From: Pelagibacteraceae bacterium AG-349-L23
GTDB lineage: Bacteria; Pseudomonadota; Alphaproteobacteria; Pelagibacterales; Pelagibacteraceae
Direction of reading: 5' to 3'
DNA length: 64,000 bases
NCBI GenBank assembly: GCA_003281045.1
Contig: QCDD01000001.1
Span: 62,208-126,207, forward strand
The notes below the pieces were generated by a model. That model did no database searches, was not told where the DNA came from, and saw nothing but the letters and a program-made list of their open reading frames with translations. Below, piece by piece: positions 1 to 7,975 of the stretch (position 1 is its first letter; every line of letters begins with the position of its first letter). Position numbers and translations under genes: made by a program.

Positions 1-333
1 ACAACCAGCAGCATAGGCTGCTCCATGCACTTTAGCGATAACAGGTTTATTACCCTCTACTATTTGAAGCATCAACTTTGAACACAGATTAAATAACTTT
101 TGATATTTGTTTCTTACCTTTAAACTTTTTACTTCTTTAAGGTTATGACCTGCACTAAAACCTTTTCCAGCACCTTCTATAATAATTACTTTTGTTTTTT
201 TATCTTGATCAAGTTTTTTTAGAACTTTAATTAGATCATTTAAATTTTTAAAAGATAATGAATTATATGTTTTAGGATCATTAATTTGAACTATAGATAT
301 ACCACTGGATAAGTTCTTCACTAATATATTCAT
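1..333 (-). CDS. Enoyl-CoA hydratase/isomerase family protein (3' end runs off the window)
   Basis: Manual translation from ATG at 333: MNILVKNLSSGISIVQINDPKTYNSLS...GKGFSAGHNLKEV...KPVIAKVHGAAYAAGC; FSAGxxL and PVIAxVxGxAxAAG are crotonase motifs. Not in the ORF track. Confidence 0.85.
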   Translation of the reverse strand, partial: MNILVKNLSSGISIVQINDPKTYNSLSFKNLNDLIKVLKKLDQDKKTKVIIIEGAGKGFSAGHNLKEVKSLKVRNKYQKLFNLCSKLMLQIVEGNKPVIAKVHGAAYAAGC

Positions 334-341
334 CAAAAATT

Positions 342-716
342 CTATTTGAGTTTGCCTTCTTCTCTCATTTTGGCTCTTATCTTAGTTGCCGATATTTTTT
401 GTATTTCCTCTGACAACACTATCTCTTCAATTTTGTAACCAACCCCTCTACCATAACAAATATTTGTAATATTAGGGACTAACATAATTTTAAAACGACC
501 TTCAAACTCTGGATTAAGTCTATCTTCTATATTTTTTTTAACTGTATCAAAATCGAAAGGATTATCATCTACTCCTTGTACATCTCTTATTTGAATACAA
601 ACTTGTCCAGTTTTTTTGATAATTTCTTTAAATAAGGTGTAATGACCATCGTGAAATGGTTGCCATCTTCCTAACATTTGTGCTGTTGGCTTTTTATTAT
701 CCCACTGATATGTCAT
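342..716 (-). CDS. Small HxGH-family nucleotidyltransferase (cytidylyltransferase/NMNAT-like)
   Basis: GRWQPFHDGH (HxGH) motif and C-terminal ISATKIR motif; start overlaps the stop of the upstream kinase. Confidence 0.75.
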   Translation of the reverse strand: MTYQWDNKKPTAQMLGRWQPFHDGHYTLFKEIIKKTGQVCIQIRDVQGVDDNPFDFDTVKKNIEDRLNPEFEGRFKIMLVPNITNICYGRGVGYKIEEIVLSEEIQKISATKIRAKMREEGKLK

Positions 717-1123
717 TTTTTTATGTCCTTATATATTTTTGGTGCCCAATTTTTAGCATCTTGTGTAGTAACATGAAAGTTATACTTGTCTGGTTTGACA
801 AACATCTTATTAGTATCATCAAACCTACCCTCTTTAATAGTATCAACCCAAATAACATAATCTGAGGGAAATAAGCTTCTGGCCTCTGGTGTTGGACAGA
901 TAAAATCTGCAACAACATAGTTATTATCTTTTCGAAGTTTTGAAGCAAAATCAGCCATTCTTTTAGCTTGTCTTTTTCTTCCTTCTTCAGAGAAATCCCA
1001 ATCATTAGCCTCTTTTCTTACTTCATCTGCGTTAAGCCTTTTCGCATTTAATAATGGTGCAAGTTCATTAGCTAAAGTTGTTTTTCCAGAGCCTGGTAGA
1101 CCCATTATTAATATAATTTTCAT
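713..1123 (-). CDS. Small P-loop kinase, adenylylsulfate-kinase-like
   Basis: Walker A GLPGSGKT; LNADEVR...DFSEEGRKRQ and VVADFICP resemble APS kinase segments. Confidence 0.7.
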   Translation of the reverse strand: MKIILIMGLPGSGKTTLANELAPLLNAKRLNADEVRKEANDWDFSEEGRKRQAKRMADFASKLRKDNNYVVADFICPTPEARSLFPSDYVIWVDTIKEGRFDDTNKMFVKPDKYNFHVTTQDAKNWAPKIYKDIKK

Positions 1124-1187
1124 TAATTTATTTTGTTTGATTATAAGGCATTAAATAGATTGAGATTATATTACACGATTAATTTCT

Positions 1188-1216
1188 TTGACAGCATTTT
1201 CAAAAAATATAATCAT
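1188..1216 (+). promoter_or_regulatory. Putative sigma70 promoter of the metF operon
   Basis: TTGACA at 1188-1193, 17 nt spacer, AATCAT at 1211-1216; a perfect TATAAT also lies at 1208-1213 (14 nt spacer). Confidence 0.4.
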
Positions 1217-1222
1217 CATTAG

Positions 1223-1951
1223 ATGAATTTTTCTTTAGAAATTGGGCCGCAGACAGATCTGGATACTGTTCCAGCTGTAAAAGATATTTATATCACTATG
1301 CTACCTGGGGGAGATTATAAAGAAACAGCTCAACAAGCAGTTGAGTTAGTAAAGAAAGGTTTCAATCCAGTTCCTCATTTTCCAGCTCGATCTATGCAGG
1401 ATGAAAAACAGCTAAAAGATTATGTTTCGAGATGTAAAGATGGTGGCGTCAAACAAGTTTTAGTTATAGGAGGAGGAAGAGAGCCAATGGGAAAATTCGA
1501 TAGCTCTTTTCAACTTTTGGAGACTGGTTATTTTGAGAAGATGACGATAGGAATTGCTGGACACCCAGAGGGGAGTCCTGATATATCCGATTCAGATTTA
1601 GAAAAAGCTATGAAAGATAAAAAGCCTTATGCTGATTATATTGTAACTCAATGGTTACTAGATCCTCAGCCAATTATAGACTTTATTTCTAAACAAAGCG
1701 TACCAGTGCATGTGGGAATTACTGGGCCTCTAAAAATATCTAGCTTAATAAAATTTGCTAATATAGTTGGTGCAAAAAATTCCCTAAATTTTCTTAAATC
1801 TAATTTTAGTAAGGCGTTAGATTTATTAAAACCTAAAGACCCTAATGATTTAATTGGGAAAATTAAATCTCATACTGATTTTTTCCACATTTATACATTC
1901 GGCGGCTTGAAGGAAACTAACAAGTGGTTGAAGGAGAATAGTTATGTCTAA
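1223..1951 (+). CDS. metF: Methylenetetrahydrofolate reductase (short MetF-like)
   Basis: PVPHFPAR, GIAGHPEG, YIVTQW and HIYTFGG motifs of the MTHFR barrel. Confidence 0.8.
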   Translation: MNFSLEIGPQTDLDTVPAVKDIYITMLPGGDYKETAQQAVELVKKGFNPVPHFPARSMQDEKQLKDYVSRCKDGGVKQVLVIGGGREPMGKFDSSFQLLETGYFEKMTIGIAGHPEGSPDISDSDLEKAMKDKKPYADYIVTQWLLDPQPIIDFISKQSVPVHVGITGPLKISSLIKFANIVGAKNSLNFLKSNFSKALDLLKPKDPNDLIGKIKSHTDFFHIYTFGGLKETNKWLKENSYV

Positions 1952-3302
1952 AGAGTTTGACTATACTAATTTAAAGCATGTTACTTCTGTAGATCAATCA
2001 GATCGAAAAGTACCGTATAACTTAAGACAAAGTGGACCAACAAAAGTTGAAATGTTAATTTCAACAAGAGTAAGAAAATCACCTTATTGGCATTTATCTA
2101 TGCAAGCAGGTTGTTGGAGAGCGACAGTTTATAATCGTATTTATCATCCAAGAGGTTATGTAAAACCAGAAGACGGTGGTGCAATGGTTGAATATGATGC
2201 AATTGTTAATCATGTAACTATGTGGAATGTTGCAGTTGAAAGACAAATTCAAGTTAAGGGTCCAGATGCAGAAAAATTTGTTGATTATGTAATCACAAGG
2301 GATGCAACAAAAATTTCACCAATGAGAGCAAGATACGTTATTTTATGTAACGCTTATGGTGGGGTTTTAAATGATCCAATTCTTTTAAGAATTTCTAAGG
2401 ATGAGTTTTGGTTTTCATTATCAGACTCTGATATTGGTTTGTACTTACAAGGTGTTAATGCAGATGGAAGATTCAATTGTACCATTGAAGAAATCGATGC
2501 TTGTCCTGTTCAAATACAAGGTCCAAAATCAAAAGCTCTAATGAAAGATTTGTTAGGTGATCAAGTTGATTTAGAAAATATGCCGTTTTATGGTTTAGCT
2601 GAAGTTAAAGTTGCTGGGCGAAGTTGTGTGATTTCTCAATCGGGTTTTTCTGGAGAAGCTGGTTATGAGATTTATTTAAGAGATGCAACTTTATATGCTG
2701 ATGACATGTGGAATGCTGTGCTTGAGGTTGGAAAAAAACACCAGTTGATGGTTATTGCACCTGCTCACCACAGAAGAATCCAGGCTGGCATTTTGTCTTG
2801 GGGTCAAGATATGGATCAACAACATAATCCTTATCAATGTAACTTAGGCTACCAGGTTTCTTTATCAGGAAAAGGTGAATGGAACAAAAAATCTGACTAT
2901 GTTGGTAAAGCGGCTCTAGAAAAAATGGGTAAAGAACTTAAAGATGGTAAGAAACCATACGCACTTCAGTTAGTTGGATTGGAGTTAGGTGGAAAACCTA
3001 TTGATGATTATGCGCCAGATTTTTGGCTAATATCACATGAGAGTGGTGGAGATCCGGTTGGTTTCATTACTTCACCATGGTGGCATCCTGAAAAGAAAAC
3101 AAACATTGCAATGGGATATGTTCCTTTTGATGGGACATTAAATGCAAATGGATTTCCAAAAGGTAAGGTTGGAACTAAATACAAAGTACATTTACCTGAA
3201 AAATACTCTGATACTCCAGGTAAGCCTGTAGATGCAGTAGTGGTAGATATTCCATTTAAAGAATCTTTCAACGCTAATACAAGAGAAGTTTCAAAAGGTT
3301 AA
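1944..3302 (+). CDS. GcvT-family THF-dependent aminomethyltransferase/demethylase (DmdA-related)
   Basis: RVRKSPY, WNVAVERQIQVKGPDA, GGVLNDPILL, QIQGPKS, SGFSGEAGYEIY; overlaps the metF stop. Confidence 0.85.
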   Translation: MSKEFDYTNLKHVTSVDQSDRKVPYNLRQSGPTKVEMLISTRVRKSPYWHLSMQAGCWRATVYNRIYHPRGYVKPEDGGAMVEYDAIVNHVTMWNVAVERQIQVKGPDAEKFVDYVITRDATKISPMRARYVILCNAYGGVLNDPILLRISKDEFWFSLSDSDIGLYLQGVNADGRFNCTIEEIDACPVQIQGPKSKALMKDLLGDQVDLENMPFYGLAEVKVAGRSCVISQSGFSGEAGYEIYLRDATLYADDMWNAVLEVGKKHQLMVIAPAHHRRIQAGILSWGQDMDQQHNPYQCNLGYQVSLSGKGEWNKKSDYVGKAALEKMGKELKDGKKPYALQLVGLELGGKPIDDYAPDFWLISHESGGDPVGFITSPWWHPEKKTNIAMGYVPFDGTLNANGFPKGKVGTKYKVHLPEKYSDTPGKPVDAVVVDIPFKESFNANTREVSKG

Positions 3303-3310
3303 TCTGATTT

Positions 3311-3330
3311 TGGGGGAGTTTACTCCCCCA
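3311..3330 (+). terminator. GC-rich hairpin after the GcvT-like gene
   Basis: TGGGGGAG-TTTA-CTCCCCCA perfect inverted repeat 8 nt after the stop; no clear U-tract. Confidence 0.55.
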
Positions 3331-3339
3331 TCATCTAAA

Positions 3340-3444
3340 ATGACAAAAGGTTTCTTAATAGTAATTTGCATTCTTATAGCTATTGCTTTAATAATATTCC
3401 CATTAATCGTATCTTACAAAGAGCAAAAAAATAAAAAAAAATAA
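3340..3444 (+). CDS. 34-aa single-pass membrane peptide
   Basis: Manual translation MTKGFLIVICILIAIALIIFPLIVSYKEQKNKKK*; TAA directly abuts the ATG at 3445. Confidence 0.5.
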   Translation: MTKGFLIVICILIAIALIIFPLIVSYKEQKNKKK

Positions 3445-3987
3445 ATGTTCGGTGAATTTCTAAGTATTATTTTAAAATCTATTAAACTAGATAAAACACT
3501 TTATTCCGATAGTAAAAATTTTGGTGAAGCCTCAGTTTATTTTGCGGGTATCATTATGATTTTAGATGGTATAGCTGGGGCAGTTGCTGCAAACACAGTT
3601 TTTAAAACAGCCGTTGCAATGTCAGGAGTGACTGCAATATTAACTTGGTTTGTCTGGGCAATATTAATCTTTGTTATTGGGGTCAAACTATTTCCTGATA
3701 AAAATAGTAAAGTTCCATTTAAAAAAGTATTAACTGCAGTTGGTTTCGCTCATGCACCTGGTCTGTTAAGATTTTTTGCTGTGACACCAGAATTAATGAT
3801 ACCTATTATTTTTCTTACACAATTTTGGATTTTTGCTGGATTAATTATCTCAACGCGACAAGTTCTTAATCTTAAATCAAATTTAAAATCATTTGGAATA
3901 GTCTTTATGTCATTTTTGATTATTGTCTTTTTATCTATTTCATTTGTGATAAGTCGAATGAACGCCTTACCAATCAATCATATTTAG
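3445..3987 (+). CDS. Yip1-like multi-pass membrane protein
   Basis: About five hydrophobic helices; GFAHAP and RQVL motifs typical of Yip1-domain proteins. Confidence 0.65.
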   Translation: MFGEFLSIILKSIKLDKTLYSDSKNFGEASVYFAGIIMILDGIAGAVAANTVFKTAVAMSGVTAILTWFVWAILIFVIGVKLFPDKNSKVPFKKVLTAVGFAHAPGLLRFFAVTPELMIPIIFLTQFWIFAGLIISTRQVLNLKSNLKSFGIVFMSFLIIVFLSISFVISRMNALPINHI

Positions 3988-4142
3988 ATTGGAAAAATTG
4001 TCTTAGAAATCCTGCAAGACTTGCAAATTTTAAAACCAGTTAGAATCAAGTTTTGAGTAACACTTTCATGCTGTTCTTTACATTCATCACAAATATCATC
4101 TAAATCCTTAAGATTTTTTTCTATTTCTTTATCCTCAGTCAT
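3984..4142 (-). CDS. 52-aa CxxC...CxxC zinc-ribbon-like small protein
   Basis: Manual translation MTEDKEIEKNLKDLDDICDECKEQHESVTQNLILTGFKICKSCRISKTIFPI*; start overlaps the end of the DUF3726 gene and fills the gap exactly. Confidence 0.65.
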   Translation of the reverse strand: MTEDKEIEKNLKDLDDICDECKEQHESVTQNLILTGFKICKSCRISKTIFPI

Positions 4143-4746
4143 TATCAGTCAAACCAGCTCCCGCTGCACCCTCTTTTAAACTATCAGTTTCCTCTACAAA
4201 TGTATCTTCTGCAAGTTTGTAGAGATTTTTCCAATCTTGATCTGAAAAGTTATCTTCATTGTTTAAAAAACTTATTTCTACTTTTTTTGCTAACTTTGGC
4301 ATTTCTTTATCCCACATATTAGAAGAGATACTCACATTAAAATTCAATAAAAATTTAAAATCATCAAATGAAATTAATAATTTTTTTCCAATTATTTCTG
4401 AAGCTCTACTTAAAAAAGATAAAAGCAGCAATGGATAAGCAAGATTTTCAACTGAACACTTTTTTAAATTCTCGATGTTTTTTACTTGGTCAATAAAATT
4501 AACACCTAACATAATTGGACAAAAAGGTGATCTATCTGATTTGTTAATCTTATTGATAAGTTTTATCTCTTTGAAATTTTCTTTTTTTTTATTTTGATAA
4601 TATTGATTAAGATGCTTGATCGCTGGAAAACCAAATAATTCAGATAATCTTATAGATTTACCAACTTCCTCTGCTATACCCCATGAATATCCAGCACCTC
4701 GACTTGCTCTCTTGGCTGTAGTTTCTATCTCACTTAAGGATTTCAT
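4135..4746 (-). CDS. DUF3726-like protein
   Basis: N-terminal SLSEIETTAKRASRGAGYSWGIAEE and C-terminal SLKEGAAGAGLTDND match my recollection of DUF3726. Confidence 0.7.
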   Translation of the reverse strand: MKSLSEIETTAKRASRGAGYSWGIAEEVGKSIRLSELFGFPAIKHLNQYYQNKKKENFKEIKLINKINKSDRSPFCPIMLGVNFIDQVKNIENLKKCSVENLAYPLLLLSFLSRASEIIGKKLLISFDDFKFLLNFNVSISSNMWDKEMPKLAKKVEISFLNNEDNFSDQDWKNLYKLAEDTFVEETDSLKEGAAGAGLTDND

Positions 4747-4749
4747 AAT

Positions 4750-6411
4750 TTAAGAATGGGTTTTATAAACCCATTGCTCATCATAATCTTTTAACTCATT
4801 TGGGAGTGGTGCACCTTGAAACATACATATTCTCAACCACTTGTCAGATCTTGGATCAAATTTTAAAGCTCCAAAAAAAGATAACTTTAACCTCAACATA
4901 TCAATTGGAACTAAATTTTTTCCAATAGTATTATCTTGTATTTCTGAATATGGAAATTTTTCAATAATAAAGGCTCTTCTAACAACATGTCTTAAATCAG
5001 AATTATCAATTAAAAATTGATTAATTTTTAAATTATTTTTTAAAGACGACAATCTTTCATACAATTTTTTTATATCCCTAGCTATTGCCAAAGGTTGCTC
5101 TAAGTCTGCACCATTTTCCTCAAAACGATTAGCTAATCTTGGCTCTTCTTTATTTTTTGAAATAAACCAAAATTTCTGATTACTCTCTTCCATATTGAAA
5201 TTAATTTTTAAAATATCCGAATATTTATTTTCTAAAATCTTTTTTAAATCTCCTACATTACGTTCAGTTGGAATATTAAAGTATTTTTCTTCCTCAGAGC
5301 TCATTTGCGCAACCAACGGCTGAACTATATCACCAAATGGCTCCATCATTATTGAGACAACGTATTCAATGCACTCTTCACAAGTTTCTTTCTCTAGCCA
5401 AAGATAAATTTCATTAAAAGGATAATCTTTTTGAAAATCAAATTCATTTTCTAAGAAATTGATGAATCTTTTAATATCTTTGAGCAAAAGTTTAATTTTT
5501 TTGAGTTGATATTCACTTTCTGTATTCCAGCTAGTTATATTTTTAAGAGAACTTTTCACACAATCTTTAAATAAATCTCTATCTTGTGTTTTAACAATTT
5601 TAATTTCTCTTATTTTTTTAAGTGCAATTTCTCTACTAAGTATCCAATTATTTAATAAAGTTGGATGATTAACAATAAATGGAGCCATTCCTAATCCAGT
5701 AGAATTTCCTATACCCAAATTTCTACAAATTTTAGGATCTAGTTGAACAGCTGAATTAGGATTTTTATTTTTTGCAACATGATTAACTTGATCAAACGTA
5801 AATTGTCTAACTAAATAAACTAACATCATCTCTAATCTGAATGGTCCATTAATTTCCTCTCTATTTTTAATTCTGAATCGATCTGCTAAACCAAACTTAC
5901 CTGATCCATAAACTGCAGTCGTTCTGTATAAATATCCAACTTTTTCAAGTAACTCTAAATCAGGTTGGTTTCCATTGCTTAAACTTTCAACAACATGATC
6001 AAACACTCTAACAGATTTATTTGCTCTAGATAATGTTAGCTCTTTGTAAGACAACCTACCAACTTCCTGTTTTGGAACTTCATTTCTTAATCTGTCAATA
6101 TCTTCTTTAAAAGGTACTCCATCATGTAATGTAAAAGCTGCATCCCACTTAGTTGCTATTACTCTATCCGATCTTTCATCATCATTAATTTTGTTCGCAT
6201 AACAGATTAAAGAATAAACCCTGTCTTTTTTTTTAAAGGAGTATACTGCTGTGCCATAACCTTCTTGGTCTAAATCAAACAAGTCTCTATTATATTGCCA
6301 ATCTTTAAATTCGCTTAAAAAACTTCGTAAAAAAGATAATCTTGATTGGTGAAAGGAACCAAGTCTTGATAACTTCATTATGATGTTTGGATCTCTTAAT
6401 TCTATATTCAT
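4750..6411 (-). CDS. Conserved-looking uncharacterised 553-aa protein
   Basis: Long ORF with Gly-rich blocks (RTTAVYGSGKFG, LGIGNSTGLGMAPF, KEEPRL, FDPRSDKW); 2-3 nt spacing to both neighbours. Confidence 0.85.
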   Translation of the reverse strand: MNIELRDPNIIMKLSRLGSFHQSRLSFLRSFLSEFKDWQYNRDLFDLDQEGYGTAVYSFKKKDRVYSLICYANKINDDERSDRVIATKWDAAFTLHDGVPFKEDIDRLRNEVPKQEVGRLSYKELTLSRANKSVRVFDHVVESLSNGNQPDLELLEKVGYLYRTTAVYGSGKFGLADRFRIKNREEINGPFRLEMMLVYLVRQFTFDQVNHVAKNKNPNSAVQLDPKICRNLGIGNSTGLGMAPFIVNHPTLLNNWILSREIALKKIREIKIVKTQDRDLFKDCVKSSLKNITSWNTESEYQLKKIKLLLKDIKRFINFLENEFDFQKDYPFNEIYLWLEKETCEECIEYVVSIMMEPFGDIVQPLVAQMSSEEEKYFNIPTERNVGDLKKILENKYSDILKINFNMEESNQKFWFISKNKEEPRLANRFEENGADLEQPLAIARDIKKLYERLSSLKNNLKINQFLIDNSDLRHVVRRAFIIEKFPYSEIQDNTIGKNLVPIDMLRLKLSFFGALKFDPRSDKWLRICMFQGAPLPNELKDYDEQWVYKTHS

Positions 6412-6413
6412 AT

Positions 6414-7379
6414 TTAGATAGTTTTATAAAAGTTATACCAATTGTTACCTAGTATTCCATCAGTCTCAGTCTCTGAAAAACCAACCTTTTTTAAACCTAC
6501 TTCTAAGTTTTTAAAACCTCTTGCATCCTCAAACCAATTAGGTTGTTTAGGAAAACCTGGTTTATTTTTAGAGCCTTCTCCATAATTTCTATTTTTAGAC
6601 CAGGTTCCATTTCTCATCCATTCAACAACTTCATCTGGTTGATTTAAACAAAGATCTGATCCTATACCAATATTATTAATATCCATTATTTCTGCTGTTT
6701 TGGCCACCATTTCACAAAAGCTTTCTAAAGAACAATTTGTATTATCTTTAAGATGATGTGGGTATAAAGATAAACCTAATATTCCACCACTATCACTTAA
6801 AGTTTTTAATAACTCAGAAGATTTGTTTCTTTTTGCTGCGTGCCAAAAAGATGGGTTTGCATGAGTGATCGCTATAGGTTTTTCACTAAATTCAATTGCA
6901 TCAAAAGTACTTTTTTCGGCTGAATGGGACATGTCCACTACGATACCAACTCTATTCATTTCTCGGATAACTTCCCTTCCGAAATTAGTTACCCCACTAT
7001 CATTTTTTTCATAACAACCCGTCGCCAACAATGATTGATTGTTATAAGTGAGTTGCATAAATCTACATCCAAGACTATGAACTTTTTCAACTAAATTAAT
7101 ATCATCTTCTATTGGAGAACAATTTTGAAAACCAAAAAAAATTGCAGTTTTATTCTCATTATTTGCTTTTTCAATATCTTTAAAACTTTGACCTAAAAAA
7201 ATTAAATCTGAATTTTCTTTTAATAAAATTTGCCACTTTTTAATTTCATTTTGAAGTTCATCAAAGTCTTCATGATAGACTATTGTAACATGAACTGCAT
7301 CTAAACCAGCCTCACGATTAATCTCAAAAACTTTTCTTGACCATTTACAATATTGAAGGTTATCGATTTTAAATTTCAT
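6414..7379 (-). CDS. Membrane (renal) dipeptidase family, peptidase M19 amidohydrolase
   Basis: QLTYN, REMNRVGIVVDMSH, AITHAN, RNKS, IGIGSD, ILGNNW motifs. Confidence 0.9.
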   Translation of the reverse strand: MKFKIDNLQYCKWSRKVFEINREAGLDAVHVTIVYHEDFDELQNEIKKWQILLKENSDLIFLGQSFKDIEKANNENKTAIFFGFQNCSPIEDDINLVEKVHSLGCRFMQLTYNNQSLLATGCYEKNDSGVTNFGREVIREMNRVGIVVDMSHSAEKSTFDAIEFSEKPIAITHANPSFWHAAKRNKSSELLKTLSDSGGILGLSLYPHHLKDNTNCSLESFCEMVAKTAEIMDINNIGIGSDLCLNQPDEVVEWMRNGTWSKNRNYGEGSKNKPGFPKQPNWFEDARGFKNLEVGLKKVGFSETETDGILGNNWYNFYKTI

Positions 7380-7480
7380 TTTGGTTAATTTTGGTTAACC
7401 ATACCAAGTTGTTTTTTAAATACTATTTATTTTATTGAAATTTTAATCTAATTTTGAAATAAATATTCTGCAAATAAATC

Positions 7481-7972
7481 ATGAAAAAGAATAAAAATCT
7501 CAAAGTTGCAATCGTCATGGGAAGCCAATCAGACTTCAAAACTATGAAATTATCAGCAAATATACTAAAAAAAATGGGTGTTCGATTTGAAACTAAAATT
7601 ATATCTGCCCATCGTACTCCAAAAAGAATGTATGAATTTGCACAGAGCGCATCAAGAAATAATATTGGAGTAATCATTGCTGGTGCTGGTGGATCAGCAC
7701 ATTTACCTGGTATGATTTCAGCTATAACCTCAATTCCAGTTTTAGGTGTTCCAGTTGAAAGTAAAAAGCTTAAAGGACTTGATAGTTTATTATCAATAGC
7801 ACAAATGCCGAAAGGGATACCTGTTGGAACTCTTGCAATCGGAGAGGATGGTGCCATCAATGCTGCTTTATTGGCTGCAGCTATAATTGCAAACAGCAAT
7901 CCTGCTGTAAAAAAGAAATTAAATAATTGGCGTTCATCACAAACTAGATCAGTAAAAAAAAATCCAAAATAA
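7481..7972 (+). CDS. purE: N5-carboxyaminoimidazole ribonucleotide mutase
   Basis: MGSQSD, SAHRTP, AGAGGSAHLPGM, QMPKGIPV. Confidence 0.97.
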   Translation: MKKNKNLKVAIVMGSQSDFKTMKLSANILKKMGVRFETKIISAHRTPKRMYEFAQSASRNNIGVIIAGAGGSAHLPGMISAITSIPVLGVPVESKKLKGLDSLLSIAQMPKGIPVGTLAIGEDGAINAALLAAAIIANSNPAVKKKLNNWRSSQTRSVKKNPK

Positions 7973-7975
7973 AAG

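Noticed and set aside
721-1005. 94-aa same-strand ORF nested in the kinase gene
   Set aside because: Alternative frame without motifs; the kinase frame is intact, so no frameshift is needed
7432-7899. 155-aa minus-strand ORF, and the many other 60-120 aa antisense ORFs in the track (e.g. 3008-3271, 21409-21777, 28258-28602, 35894-36250, 49349-49648)
   Set aside because: They lie fully opposite well-supported genes and have no motifs; these are shadow ORFs
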